This document shows, in pieces, positions 1 to 9,569 of a stretch of 64,000 bases of DNA (positions are counted from its first letter, which is position 1; the number at the start of each line of letters is the position of its first letter). Where the stretch lies: positions 313,210-377,209 of the forward strand of contig CANSHD010000001.1 of NCBI GenBank assembly GCA_947646585.1. Direction: 5' to 3'. This DNA comes from an uncultured Alphaproteobacteria bacterium (lineage in GTDB: Bacteria > Pseudomonadota > Alphaproteobacteria > Rs-D84). The translations under genes and the position numbers were made by a program. The notes under the pieces were generated by a model. The model worked only from the letters and a program-made list of their open reading frames with translations, ran no database searches and was not told where the DNA came from.

Positions 1-1069
1 GGCCGAGGATTTGGAGTGGGCGCGCACCGTCCGTCGCGCAACGCGCGCGCCGGTGCTGCTGTTGGCGAACAAATCGGAATCCGCGCGCCGCATGGCCGAC
101 GCGCATGAATTTTATAAGCTGGGCTTTGGCGCGCCGGTTTTAATTTCGGCCGAGCATAAGCGCGGCTTTGACCAGATTTACGATTTTCTGGATAAAATCG
201 CCGGTTTTGACCCGATGGCCGAAAATGACGCCACCGCGGCGCAGACCGGCGCCGACGCACGCATAAAGATTGCAATACTGGGCCAGCCGAATGTCGGCAA
301 ATCGACATTGGTTAACCGCGTTCTGGGAACGCAGCGCCAGATTGTCCGCGACGCCCCCGGCATCACGCGCGACACGGTGAAAATTCCGGCGCGCTTTTAC
401 GGCCGCGACATTGTTTTGATGGATACGGCGGGGCTGCGCCGCAAGGCGGGCGTGACGGACGACGTCGAAACACTGTCGGCGTTAAAGTCTTTGGATGCGA
501 TTGAAAAATCCGACGTTGTGATTTTGGTTGTCGACGCCACCCGCAATATAGAAAACCAGGCGCTGGGGATTGCGGCGCGCGTATTCAACGCGGGCAAGAT
601 TTTATGCGTCGCACTGAACAAATGGGATTTGGTGCCGCCGGAATTGCGCGATGAAAAACTGTTGAAATTAAAGCACCAGTTCTCCAATTCTTTCCACCAG
701 ATTATAAAGCCGATGATATTGGCAATCTCGGCGGAAAAGGGCACCGGCGTCCAGAACATGTTCAAGCGCGTGTACCAGCAGTGGGATATTTCGGACACGG
801 ACGTCCCGACCAGCCTGTTAAACCGTATCGTGGAACGCCTGGTGGAATCGCGCCAGCCGCCGATGTCGCGCCTGAAGCGCCCGATGAAAATAAAGTTCGC
901 GCGCCAGACAGGCCGTCATCCGATGAAGATAACGATAAACGTCGGCGGTGCTTCGGATATACCGGAATCTTATACGCGTTATCTGCGCCGCGGAATTGCG
1001 ACGGAACTGCACTGGGAACACTTGCCTGTTGTAATAGAATACCAAAAATCGGATAATCCATACGATTGA
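1..1069 (+). CDS. der: GTPase Der/EngA, C-terminal part (second G domain plus KH-like domain). The 5' end is cut by the window edge.
   Basis: The reading frame is open from base 2. The motif 'KIAILGQPNVGKSTLVNRVLG' is a G1 P-loop, and 'DTAGLRRK' and 'NKWDL' are G3 and G4. The C-terminal 'KIKFARQTGRHPMKITINV' resembles the Der KH domain. Confidence 0.8.
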   Translation, partial: AEDLEWARTVRRATRAPVLLLANKSESARRMADAHEFYKLGFGAPVLISAEHKRGFDQIYDFLDKIAGFDPMAENDATAAQTGADARIKIAILGQPNVGKSTLVNRVLGTQRQIVRDAPGITRDTVKIPARFYGRDIVLMDTAGLRRKAGVTDDVETLSALKSLDAIEKSDVVILVVDATRNIENQALGIAARVFNAGKILCVALNKWDLVPPELRDEKLLKLKHQFSNSFHQIIKPMILAISAEKGTGVQNMFKRVYQQWDISDTDVPTSLLNRIVERLVESRQPPMSRLKRPMKIKFARQTGRHPMKITINVGGASDIPESYTRYLRRGIATELHWEHLPVVIEYQKSDNPYD

Positions 1070-1130
1070 TAGACCTGCTATCAATCTGTGGTTGTCGTAT
1101 GCAAATTGTGCGTTTGTCCGATGGCCGTGT

Positions 1131-1168
1131 GAAAAAAAGGCGCGGGTTTGTCCCGCGCCTTTTGATTT
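1131..1168. terminator. Bidirectional rho-independent terminator between der (+) and skp (-).
   Basis: GC hairpin aggcgcggg-tttgt-cccgcgcct, flanked by A-run and T-run. Confidence 0.6.
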
Positions 1169-1181
1169 ATGCCGTGGTGGA

Positions 1182-1856
1182 TTAAAATCCCTTCGGTTTT
1201 TCCATTTTTACCGTCGATACCTTTTTGTTCAGCGCATCGATAACCTGGTCCGTGATGTCCAGATTTTCCGCGGATTCGCCCACGCGCGCAAAACGGCCGT
1301 CAATTACCATCGACAGGTTCTTTTTTGCAATCGTGCTTTCGATAATCGGGTCCAGATGATTTGCCTGAACCTCGTTCAGCGCCTTTTGAAACGCCACGTC
1401 AATGCTCTGGGCGCGTTCCGTCAAATCCTGTTGCAGTTTCGCAACGCGGTTTTGATAATCGACCACGCGACGCTGCAGCGCGTCACGCGACAGAACGTCC
1501 TGGGATTTTTCGATTTCGGCCTTTTCTTTTTCCAGCGCCTTTTGGTCGCGCGTCAGTTCGTCACGCAGCTGTGTTTCATAGGCTTCTTTTTGTTTGCGCA
1601 AATCTTTCAGCGCGTTCGCATTTGCCTGAATCGCATCCATGCGGATAACCGCAATGCGCAGGTTCGCACCGTTCGCCGCGTCGGTTGTTATCGCCTCCAT
1701 CGCGACGTCCAGATTGCTGGACTTTTTACTGTTCAGCGCCGATACGGCAAATATTCCGATAACGCCGACCGCAACAACCGCCGCGGCGACAATGCCGATT
1801 TTCTTGTAGTTTCGTGCGGCGGGATTTACCGCAGCATTAGAGGTCTTGTTTGCCAT
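1182..1856 (-). CDS. skp: OmpH/Skp-family periplasmic chaperone.
   Basis: N-terminal hydrophobic anchor or signal 'IGIVAAAVVAVGVIGIFAV'. Long coiled-coil region rich in K/E/Q, with the size and composition typical of OmpH. Confidence 0.6.
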   Translation of the reverse strand: MANKTSNAAVNPAARNYKKIGIVAAAVVAVGVIGIFAVSALNSKKSSNLDVAMEAITTDAANGANLRIAVIRMDAIQANANALKDLRKQKEAYETQLRDELTRDQKALEKEKAEIEKSQDVLSRDALQRRVVDYQNRVAKLQQDLTERAQSIDVAFQKALNEVQANHLDPIIESTIAKKNLSMVIDGRFARVGESAENLDITDQVIDALNKKVSTVKMEKPKGF

Positions 1857-1934
1857 GTTTTCCGTCCTTTGTTTTTGTTAATGTGTTCAGTATAGCAATA
1901 AAAAAATAAAAAGAAAGGCGAATTTTGGTGAAGA

Positions 1935-2612
1935 TTAGCGCGCCGGCGCAATGCGGATTTCAATCCTGCGGTTTGTTAAACGGCCGATGTCGTCCTGGGC
2001 GGCGATGGGGCGCGCCGCGCCGCGGCCGACGATGAACATGCGTGCCGTCTTTACATTTTTTCGGGCCAGAAACACCGCCGTGCGCATCGCCATGTCGCCG
2101 GACAGGGCGGCCGCCGCGTTCGCGTCGCGCATCGCATCGGTATATCCCGCGATTTCCATAAACGTTGCGTCGTATTTGTTCAAAATCTTGGCGATTGTGT
2201 TCAGTGTGTCCGCGCCGTCCGGCGATATCTCTGCCACGTCCAGTTCCATTATCGCGTCGCGTACCAGTATCACGACGACGTCCGTTCCCGCGCGCTGGAC
2301 CGATATGCCGGGCTTGCGCAGGGCGTCGTACAATGCAAATTCCAGATTTGCCATGTACCCGACCGCGGCGATATTGTCGTTTGTGGTTTTGTCGCCGTAT
2401 GTCGCGGCGGCGGGCGTCTCAACCGCGTCCCCCACCAGGCGCCCGCCCGCGCCCAAATACACCGGGCGTTTTGCGACGCGCGCGGCGTCCGTCATGTCGG
2501 ACATGCTGGCGCCGTGCAGATATGCGCGCCATTCGGCCCGCGGCGGGCTGGTATATTGCGCGCATGATGTTGTGATAACGGTTAAAAGCAGTATCGCCGC
2601 CAGTTTTTTCAT
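1935..2612 (-). CDS. OmpA-family peptidoglycan-associated lipoprotein.
   Basis: Signal peptide with lipobox 'LLLTVITTSC'. C-terminal OmpA_C-like motifs 'GYTDAMRDANAAAALSGDMAMRTAVFLARKNV…NRRIEIRI'. Confidence 0.65.
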   Translation of the reverse strand: MKKLAAILLLTVITTSCAQYTSPPRAEWRAYLHGASMSDMTDAARVAKRPVYLGAGGRLVGDAVETPAAATYGDKTTNDNIAAVGYMANLEFALYDALRKPGISVQRAGTDVVVILVRDAIMELDVAEISPDGADTLNTIAKILNKYDATFMEIAGYTDAMRDANAAAALSGDMAMRTAVFLARKNVKTARMFIVGRGAARPIAAQDDIGRLTNRRIEIRIAPAR

Positions 2613-3071
2613 TTATTCCACTATAAAGGAAATCTCGTTTGTACGCGAAGAGAAACAGCTGTCCGCGGTCGTGTCCGCCGGCATGCCGTTGACGCGAATC
2701 TCCGCGGCCCATCCCGGGGCAGTGGTGATGAAATAATCGCATTCGCCCGCCGACAGCTGCGTTAAATTTATAGAGAAAGTATTGCCGTCCGCGCCGGCCG
2801 TGACCGACCACGGCCCGCCCAGCGGCGCGCGGTCCGATTTCAGTGCGCCCGCCTTTATCAAATAATCGACCGATACGCCGGAATAATCGCCCCGCATCCC
2901 CAGCAGCAGGCGCGTATCGCGTGCCAGCGCCTCCATGTTCGCCGATGCGACCGCACGCATCTGGTTGCCGCGTATAACGTTGTACAGGGACACTGCGCTG
3001 ACCGTCATTATTGCGCCGATTGCCATTATGCCGATGATTTCAATCAAAGAGCGTCCGGATTCTTCCCGCAT
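2613..3071 (-). CDS. Type IV pilin or pseudopilin-like protein, 152 aa from the internal ATG.
   Basis: Six-residue basic leader 'MREESG', then 'RSLIEIIGIMAIGAIM' with G at -1 and E at +5, followed by a hydrophobic helix. Two C-terminal Cys (…ECDYF…DSCF…) resemble a pilin D-region disulfide. The start sits 24 nt after the dnaX stop, with no gap to the downstream lipoprotein gene. Confidence 0.55.
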   Translation of the reverse strand: MREESGRSLIEIIGIMAIGAIMTVSAVSLYNVIRGNQMRAVASANMEALARDTRLLLGMRGDYSGVSVDYLIKAGALKSDRAPLGGPWSVTAGADGNTFSINLTQLSAGECDYFITTAPGWAAEIRVNGMPADTTADSCFSSRTNEISFIVE

Positions 3072-3094
3072 GGTGTTTGTCCCCTTGTGTTTGG

Positions 3095-4654
3095 TTATTT
3101 GGAAACGCCGACTATCTGTGCGTCCGCAAACAGGTTCATCGCACTGGCGACCATCGGGTCCGCCTCCAGCTCTTCCTGTTTCTGTTCCGTTATCGTGTGG
3201 GCGTGCTGGGATTGCGCCGTGCGTTCCAGACGCCATTCATGCCCCGTTTTATCCGCCAGCCATGCCGCCAGGCGCGGTGCGAAATCCGCCTCGCCCTTGC
3301 GGTCGAAATATTTGATGCATCCGTCCGCAAAATCACAGACCTCAATATTGCTGCTGTAATATGAATAGAGCAGTATTTCGCGGGCATCCTGCAGCGCCGT
3401 CCCCAGCTGTGCGGCCGATGCAATCTGCAGCATCTTTTTTTGCGGCGCCGCATTTTGCGCGGGTGCCGTTGTGCCAGCACCGGCGGCCGGCTTTTGTGTC
3501 GGGGCTGTGTTTTGCGCCTGTTTCATCAAATCTGAAATCGGCGGAATTTCCGCGATATGCATGCATCGCACGATTAGCATGTCAAAGCACTGTTTTTGAT
3601 TCCCGGCCGCCTGCATTTCGGATACGGATGCGACCAGAACCTGCCAAATTCGCGACAGGGTGTTTAAACTGACCTTTGATATAATCTGCTGCATCTGTTC
3701 GCGCATGTCCGCGGTATATGGCGAGTTCACGCATTCCCCCGCGTGCAGCGCCGGATGCATGCGTGTGGCCCAGTGCGTCCATTCCATCATGTCGCCAAGC
3801 AGCATCGCCAAATCCGCGCCGTTTGTGTAAATCTGGTCCGCGCGTTCCAATGCGGCGGCCACGTCGCCTGACAGCAGTGTTTTCATAAAATCGACAACCA
3901 CGCCGCGGTCCGCGCGCTTTAACATGGCCAGAACCGCCGCCTCGTCAACATTGCCGCCTGTTTGTGCAATCGCCTGGTCCAGCAGAGACAACCCGTCGCG
4001 GACCGAGCCGTCGGCCGCGCGCGCCAGCAGTTCGTTTGCGGCGTCGTCCAGTGTCACGCCCTCCTGCCCCGCAATCCATGCAAAATGTTTTTTTAATGTT
4101 TCGACCGGCACGCGAACCAAATCAAAACGCTGGCAGCGGGATAGAATGGTAACGGGCACCTTGCGTATTTCGGTGGTCGCCAGAATAAAGATTACGTGTG
4201 CCGGCGGCTCCTCCAGTGTTTTCAGCAGCGCGTTAAACGCCGACGTCGACAGCATGTGGACTTCGTCGATTATATAAACCTTATACCGGCCGTTCGTCGG
4301 GCGGTATTGCGCGGCGTCCAGAATGTCGCGCATGTTGTCGACACCCGTGTGTGACGCGGCGTCGATTTCCAGAACGTCTATATGCTGGCCCGCGGCGATT
4401 GCGCGACAGTTTTCGCACACCCCGCACGGTGTCGCGGTGGCCTTGTCCCCCGACAGGCAGTTCAGCGCCTTTGCAAGAATACGCGCGGTACTGGTCTTGC
4501 CCGTTCCGCGAATGCCGGTAAATATGTATGCATGCGCAATGCGGCCCGTGTTAATTGCGGTGGTAAGTGTTTTTACCAGCACGTCCTGGCCGATTAAAGA
4601 TTGAAAATCCTGGCTGCGGTATTTGCGTGCCAAAACGGTATAGTTCGTATCCAT
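3095..4654 (-). CDS. dnaX: DNA polymerase III subunit gamma/tau.
   Basis: AAA+ clamp-loader motifs 'GIRGTGKTSTARILAKALNC' (Walker A), 'YIIDEVHMLS' (Walker B) and 'SRCQRFDL' (sensor). The start is placed at the MDTNYTV methionine. Confidence 0.9.
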   Translation of the reverse strand: MDTNYTVLARKYRSQDFQSLIGQDVLVKTLTTAINTGRIAHAYIFTGIRGTGKTSTARILAKALNCLSGDKATATPCGVCENCRAIAAGQHIDVLEIDAASHTGVDNMRDILDAAQYRPTNGRYKVYIIDEVHMLSTSAFNALLKTLEEPPAHVIFILATTEIRKVPVTILSRCQRFDLVRVPVETLKKHFAWIAGQEGVTLDDAANELLARAADGSVRDGLSLLDQAIAQTGGNVDEAAVLAMLKRADRGVVVDFMKTLLSGDVAAALERADQIYTNGADLAMLLGDMMEWTHWATRMHPALHAGECVNSPYTADMREQMQQIISKVSLNTLSRIWQVLVASVSEMQAAGNQKQCFDMLIVRCMHIAEIPPISDLMKQAQNTAPTQKPAAGAGTTAPAQNAAPQKKMLQIASAAQLGTALQDAREILLYSYYSSNIEVCDFADGCIKYFDRKGEADFAPRLAAWLADKTGHEWRLERTAQSQHAHTITEQKQEELEADPMVASAMNLFADAQIVGVSK

Positions 4655-4729
4655 GCAATTCTTCCTTTGGGAAAAAGCATAGCACGCACACGCCAAATTT
4701 CAACAATTAAAAAGAGTGAAGCGTCGTCG

Positions 4730-5026
4730 TTATTTCAGATTTGAAATAAAATCCGGGAAAGAGTTTTCCTCGTCCGCGTCTTCTTCGGTCTCTTCCGTTG
4801 CCGGGGCGGCCGCCGCCTTTTCGGACGGTGTGCGTGTGGAATCAATTTTGCCCTGTTCCGCGGCGACGATGCGGCCGTAGTGTTCGGCGGTTTGCATCAG
4901 ACGCTCGCGCTCGATTTCATCGGATGTCTGGCGCGCCTGGTCCATGTACTGTTTGCGCTTTTGACGCCATTTGTGACAACGCTGAATCATCAGTCCGACC
5001 GAGGATTGGTTTTTTTTGTTTTGCAT
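4730..5026 (-). CDS. Small basic DUF4167-like protein.
   Basis: Basic N-terminus (KWRQKRKQ) and a 'QTAEHYGRI' motif resembling DUF4167 AEHYxR. Acidic tail. Confidence 0.35.
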   Translation of the reverse strand: MQNKKNQSSVGLMIQRCHKWRQKRKQYMDQARQTSDEIERERLMQTAEHYGRIVAAEQGKIDSTRTPSEKAAAAPATEETEEDADEENSFPDFISNLK

Positions 5027-5193
5027 CTAATTTTTCTTTATTATCAGGAAATACTTTTTCTCTTCTGTGTCGCCTACGATTTTTATTTTTGCTTTCCGCA
5101 GCGACTGTCCGTGGCATAGATTAAAGCATCTGAAAACTGATTGCAATATTTTTTTTCTATTGCTATCCTGACTTTATGTAGGAGGGACGGATT

Positions 5194-6546
5194 TTGTCCA
5201 GGCAAAGCGGAAATTTTTTATTACAGGCCCTGCTGGCATTGTCTTTAATTTTTGCGTTCATTCCATTCTGGGCAGAGCGTCTGGCGGCGCGCGAAACAGA
5301 CGCCCAGATGTATTCCGCCACGCGCCAGGTTGATGTCGCGGTGACCGCCGCGCGTATATTCATCCGTGAAAATGCGTCCAATATCGGATATGACCGGACG
5401 GTTGTCGCCGGCGCCGATTTCGGTGATTTGCTGGAACCGTACGGCCTGCCACTGGGGTTTGTGCCGCGCACGGCCCTGGGCCAGGATATCAGCCTGGTTA
5501 TCAACAAGACCCCGCAGGAGGTGACGGCTTATCTTGAGCTGTCGGGCGGAAATTTGTCCGCGGTGCGTACCGCGGAATTGGCGCGCCGCATCGGGTTCTA
5601 TGCGACGCCGGTCGGTTCGGTTATAAATGTCGGCATCGCCCTGGACGAGGGGTTTTCCGACGTCGTCCGCCGCAATGAAAATAATCTGGAGGCGGGCGCC
5701 TTTTTAACCGACCTGGACATGGGCGGGTTTGTGTTTGACAATGCCGGCGCCGCGATTGCGCGAACCGGCACGTTTAATACGGCGATGACGAACACTTTGT
5801 CCGTCGCGGGAACGGAAAACGGCCGCAAGGTTCGCAACAAGATAGAGGATTTGTCCGCCACGCGCGCGGTGTTCCAAAGCAAAAGCGGCGAGGCAGCATT
5901 ATCGCTGGTTCGCGGAACATTGACCGCGGACAGTGTCGATGCGCGCACCGTCGCGCGGTTTGGCGATGCGGGGAATTTCACCGCGGACACCGCGTCCGTG
6001 TATGAGTTTTCCATGACGGCGGGCCGCACGGGATTTTCGGGCCCCGGCGCCTGGAACGTCCGCGGCAACGTCGTGTCCGACAGAATAAATTTCAGTGTGG
6101 AACGCCTGGACGTGTCGTCGTATATAAATGTCGCCCGCGGCCAGGACGTTTATATAAATGATGATTTGGAATACAGCGCGCGCAGTGGGATAGAAACCGA
6201 TACCTTAATCGCATCCAATGTCACGATGCGCGACCAGACGTCCGACGCGTTGTCGTCGGGCGGGACCGGCGCGGTTGTTGTTGACGTCCGCCCGGCGGGA
6301 ACGTCTTATCTGCCGGACGCGTATGTTAACAATGTCGACAACGCCGCGTTTGAAATTATTGCGGCCCCCGATGGCGCGGACGGCAAGACCGTCGATTGCA
6401 AGGCGGTCGTGTCACAGCTTGACGCTTCTTATAATCAGCGCAGCCTGTCGCAGTACATAATATGCCAGTATGTATACTGGCAGCGGCTGGAGATGCGAAT
6501 GAACATAATACAGTGTCTAAAGGAAGGTCGCGGTGACTGCATGTAA
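5194..6546 (+). CDS. Large prepilin-like membrane protein, first of three tandem paralogs.
   Basis: TTG start 7 nt after SD ggaggg. Leader 'MSRQSG' followed by 'NFLLQALLALSLIFAFIPFW' with G at -1 and Q at +5. About 420 aa extracytoplasmic domain. Shares '…RT…I…IG…VG' and 'L.MGG' blocks with the next two ORFs. Confidence 0.6.
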   Translation: MSRQSGNFLLQALLALSLIFAFIPFWAERLAARETDAQMYSATRQVDVAVTAARIFIRENASNIGYDRTVVAGADFGDLLEPYGLPLGFVPRTALGQDISLVINKTPQEVTAYLELSGGNLSAVRTAELARRIGFYATPVGSVINVGIALDEGFSDVVRRNENNLEAGAFLTDLDMGGFVFDNAGAAIARTGTFNTAMTNTLSVAGTENGRKVRNKIEDLSATRAVFQSKSGEAALSLVRGTLTADSVDARTVARFGDAGNFTADTASVYEFSMTAGRTGFSGPGAWNVRGNVVSDRINFSVERLDVSSYINVARGQDVYINDDLEYSARSGIETDTLIASNVTMRDQTSDALSSGGTGAVVVDVRPAGTSYLPDAYVNNVDNAAFEIIAAPDGADGKTVDCKAVVSQLDASYNQRSLSQYIICQYVYWQRLEMRMNIIQCLKEGRGDCM

Positions 6547-7750
6547 CAAAGGCGTTTTTGCAGAAGGGTCGCGTGGCGCCGGTTTGACGGAGGCCTTGCT
6601 GGCGATGGCGATTGTCGGCATCGCGGCGCCGTTTGTGTACCACCAGGTTGCGGACACCACGCGCAGTGCGGCCGACATTCGGACCGCATCGCGTATTATC
6701 GACATGCGCGGGCCGGCATTGAATTATGTCCGCATGCATGGCGACGCGTGGCCGGACACGGCCCAGATACGTTTGACGCCCGAAGATTTGGCGTTGATTG
6801 CGGACGGTGCCACCGCCGGTTTTATAGACAAGTATGCCGTGTCCGGCGCCGCTGTTACCGACATATATCTGGCATTTGATTTAGGAACGGACCGGGTGCG
6901 CACGGCGTCCATTGCGCGCAATATTGGAATAGATGCTGCGGTTGTCGGTGACGACGGAATTGCATACGGCGCATCGTGGGCCGTAACCGCGCCGGATTTT
7001 ATGCCGGGTGATTTGATATACAGAATATCGCGCGATGTCACGGGCGAGGATACGGCAAAATATTTGCATCGCGGCACGTCGGGTGAAGACGGCCTGAATG
7101 TCATGCAGCGTGATTTGAACATGGGCGGCCACAATGTTTATGACATCGGCGGCGTTGTCGCAAAATCCGCCAAGATAAACGGTGCGACCGCCATGTTCGT
7201 CGAAGCGCAAAGCGTTGCGGCCGATGCGGCGTATTTTTCGTCGGGCGCCAATATCGACGGCGGCGTGGCGTCATTGGGCGCGTTGCGCGTGACCGGCGAC
7301 GTGACGGGCTTTCGCAATATTGTGGCGACGACGCTCAACGGCGCCGGATACACCACGTCGGGTCGTGTGATTACGGACCGCGCAACGGTCACAAATTCGG
7401 TCAATGTCGCGCGCGATTTGACCCTGAAATCGGACGCCACTCGCACAATCAGCGGTTTTGACGGCATCACGGCCAGTACTGTTGCGACGCCGTTCATATC
7501 CGCAGACGAAATAATTTTTTATGATAATTTTGGATTAACTTTGTCGGGGGAGCTGTTAATGTCAACGACGGCGCCGCTGAAAATCGGTTCTTGGACATTC
7601 CCGTCGACAACGCCGCCAAAGTTTTCAAAATTGACATTGTCGCGCGCCGAATATCCGGCCGCGGTTCGAAAAACGGAATTTGCGCCGATAATGCGGCGCG
7701 GATGGATGGACGGGCTTATTGAAAATGAAACTGCGCAGAACAATTTTTAA
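6533..7750 (+). CDS. Large prepilin-like membrane protein, second paralog.
   Basis: GTG start after SD aaggaagg. The start overlaps the upstream stop. N-terminus '…SRG|AGLTEALLAMAIVGIAAPFVY' with E at +5 and an 'AIVGIAA' core resembling pseudopilin consensus. Confidence 0.6.
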   Translation: MTACNKGVFAEGSRGAGLTEALLAMAIVGIAAPFVYHQVADTTRSAADIRTASRIIDMRGPALNYVRMHGDAWPDTAQIRLTPEDLALIADGATAGFIDKYAVSGAAVTDIYLAFDLGTDRVRTASIARNIGIDAAVVGDDGIAYGASWAVTAPDFMPGDLIYRISRDVTGEDTAKYLHRGTSGEDGLNVMQRDLNMGGHNVYDIGGVVAKSAKINGATAMFVEAQSVAADAAYFSSGANIDGGVASLGALRVTGDVTGFRNIVATTLNGAGYTTSGRVITDRATVTNSVNVARDLTLKSDATRTISGFDGITASTVATPFISADEIIFYDNFGLTLSGELLMSTTAPLKIGSWTFPSTTPPKFSKLTLSRAEYPAAVRKTEFAPIMRRGWMDGLIENETAQNNF

Positions 7751-9035
7751 CGGGCCGTCCGAATGTGGTGGCATGCTGGTTGAATTGATGCTCAGCGTTG
7801 CGCTGGCCATGATTGTGATACCGTTTATTTTCAGATATCATCAGCGCGCCGTCCGGCGTGCCGAAAATATCGCCGTTTCCCGCCAGATGGAGGGGGTGCA
7901 AAGCGCACTGGAACGTTATATTATGGCGCATCGCGACGAATTGCTGGCGCCGGTTGGTAAAAATATAACACGTGTTGCACTGGCGGATTTGGTGCCGTTC
8001 GGCGTGTCCGAGGATTTGGTCGCCACCGCCGGCGACAAATATCAGCTGCGCGTGTTAAAGGCCGCCGATTTCAACAGCCGGGCGACCCTGCAGGGCGTGG
8101 TCGTATTGAATGACGGCGATATCAGTCCGCTGCGCACGCGCGAGATAGTGAACATTGCCGGCGACCGTGTCGGGTTTCTGGATTCGGGGCGCGCATACGG
8201 TGCGTTCGGCACGTGGAACAGTGCGGCGCTGGACTTGGGACTGGGCGACGGGGGCGGCATTGTGGAAACGACGCCCGCCCTGCGCGACAACGCAAAATAT
8301 TTGTGGCGCGTGCCGTCCGCGGATACGGCCGATGCGACGATGCTGTCGGCGCTGTCGCTGGGGGGGCACGATATCGCGTCGGCGTCTTTCTTTAACAGCC
8401 GCAGCGCCCGCTTTGACGAATTGCTGTCCGTGGGTGAAATCGCCGCCGGCAACATTATTTTTCAAAACAGAACATCGATTGATAAAAAGTTGAGTGCCGT
8501 TTCGTCAACCGTGTCGGGTGCACTGTCGTCGGACTCTAAAAACATGGACGTTGCGGGTAAATTTTCATTGGCCGATTTGGGAAAGTTTTCAGGCTTTACC
8601 GTGTCGGACCTGTACGTGACGAACATGACGCTGTCCGGAATCAGCGTCAGTGACACCGGCGATGTCGCGCTGCTTAAGATAAACCAGGCGCTGGACATGA
8701 CGTCGGGGCGCATCGACGCAATGTTTGTGACGGTGGGGTTTGCGGGATCCATAACGCCGCGCCTTGTCGTGCGCAATCGTATCGAAGATTCGATAAACCC
8801 GTCCTATTATTGGGACGCGTCGCACGGCGTGGCGAATTTTTCAGACGTATCCTTTGCGGAATTGTCGCGTATGGCGCCGCTGGCGCTGGCACGTGAAGGG
8901 CGTGGCACCACGGCCGCGCAAATATTCGGCGCGGTTGCGGCAAACAAGAATGCGACGGCGTCCGATTACATGAATGCGATAACGAAAATCCAGGAAGCGG
9001 TTCGTAAAAAATATCGCGCCTTGAATTTGCAATGA
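7719..9035 (+). CDS. Large prepilin-like membrane protein, third paralog.
   Basis: N-terminus 'MKMKLRRTIFNGPSECG|GMLVELMLSVALAMIVIPFIF' with E at +5 and a Pro-Phe pair ending the helix, as in paralogs 1 and 2. The start overlaps the upstream stop. Confidence 0.55.
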   Translation: MKMKLRRTIFNGPSECGGMLVELMLSVALAMIVIPFIFRYHQRAVRRAENIAVSRQMEGVQSALERYIMAHRDELLAPVGKNITRVALADLVPFGVSEDLVATAGDKYQLRVLKAADFNSRATLQGVVVLNDGDISPLRTREIVNIAGDRVGFLDSGRAYGAFGTWNSAALDLGLGDGGGIVETTPALRDNAKYLWRVPSADTADATMLSALSLGGHDIASASFFNSRSARFDELLSVGEIAAGNIIFQNRTSIDKKLSAVSSTVSGALSSDSKNMDVAGKFSLADLGKFSGFTVSDLYVTNMTLSGISVSDTGDVALLKINQALDMTSGRIDAMFVTVGFAGSITPRLVVRNRIEDSINPSYYWDASHGVANFSDVSFAELSRMAPLALAREGRGTTAAQIFGAVAANKNATASDYMNAITKIQEAVRKKYRALNLQ

Positions 9036-9056
9036 TATGTGGTATAAGGTAAAAAT

Positions 9057-9569
9057 ATGAAAACGGTTTGTGATTTTTGCAAGACGGAATACAACACCCC
9101 CGCCGGTGTGCGCGGCCGCGTGCGCTGTGCGGTGTGCGGGTACGAATGGATTATATCCCCGGCCGCGCGGCGCGGCGCATGGTTGACTTTTATTGCGGCG
9201 GCGACGGCCGCATTGGCCGCGATAGTGTTCTCGATTGCGGTAATCACCCGGCACCAGGCCCAGACCGCGGCCGCATCCCGGCCACTGGTTGCGACGGTTA
9301 CGGATATTCATTCCGTTATCGATGCGGCGGGTGTGTCCCATTTTGTGGTATCGGGCCGCGTTACGAACCAGTCGGCCGAGATATACGGCGTTCCCGATTT
9401 GATAATCGTATCGCGTGATGAAAACGGAAACGAGATTTCGCGTCAAAAGTTCATGCCGTCGGCGACATTGCTGGATTCGGGGGCCTCGGTTGAATTTTCG
9501 CATACCCTGTCGGCCGCGTCGGACGGCGTGAAAAAGATAACCCTGGAATTAAAAGACCAAACGGATTGA
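9057..9569 (+). CDS. Zinc-ribbon (MJ0042-type) membrane protein with a DUF3426-like C-terminal domain.
   Basis: 'CDFCKTEYNTPAGVRGRVRCAVCGYEW' is a C-x2-C…C-x2-C ribbon. One TM segment 'WLTFIAAATAALAAIVFSIAV' is followed by a beta-rich periplasmic domain. Confidence 0.5.
   Translation: MKTVCDFCKTEYNTPAGVRGRVRCAVCGYEWIISPAARRGAWLTFIAAATAALAAIVFSIAVITRHQAQTAAASRPLVATVTDIHSVIDAAGVSHFVVSGRVTNQSAEIYGVPDLIIVSRDENGNEISRQKFMPSATLLDSGASVEFSHTLSAASDGVKKITLELKDQTD

Noticed and set aside
1092-1895. 267-aa ORF on the plus strand opposite skp.
   Set aside because: Arg/Phe/Leu-rich shadow ORF entirely antisense to a well-supported gene. Typical of GC-rich DNA.
4655-5030. Looked for an SRP (4.5S/ffs) RNA upstream of dnaX, a common location in many bacteria.
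   Set aside because: No domain IV-like motif (…GUCAGGUCCGGAAGGAAGCAGC…) was found. The region is occupied by a coding-like DUF4167-type ORF.
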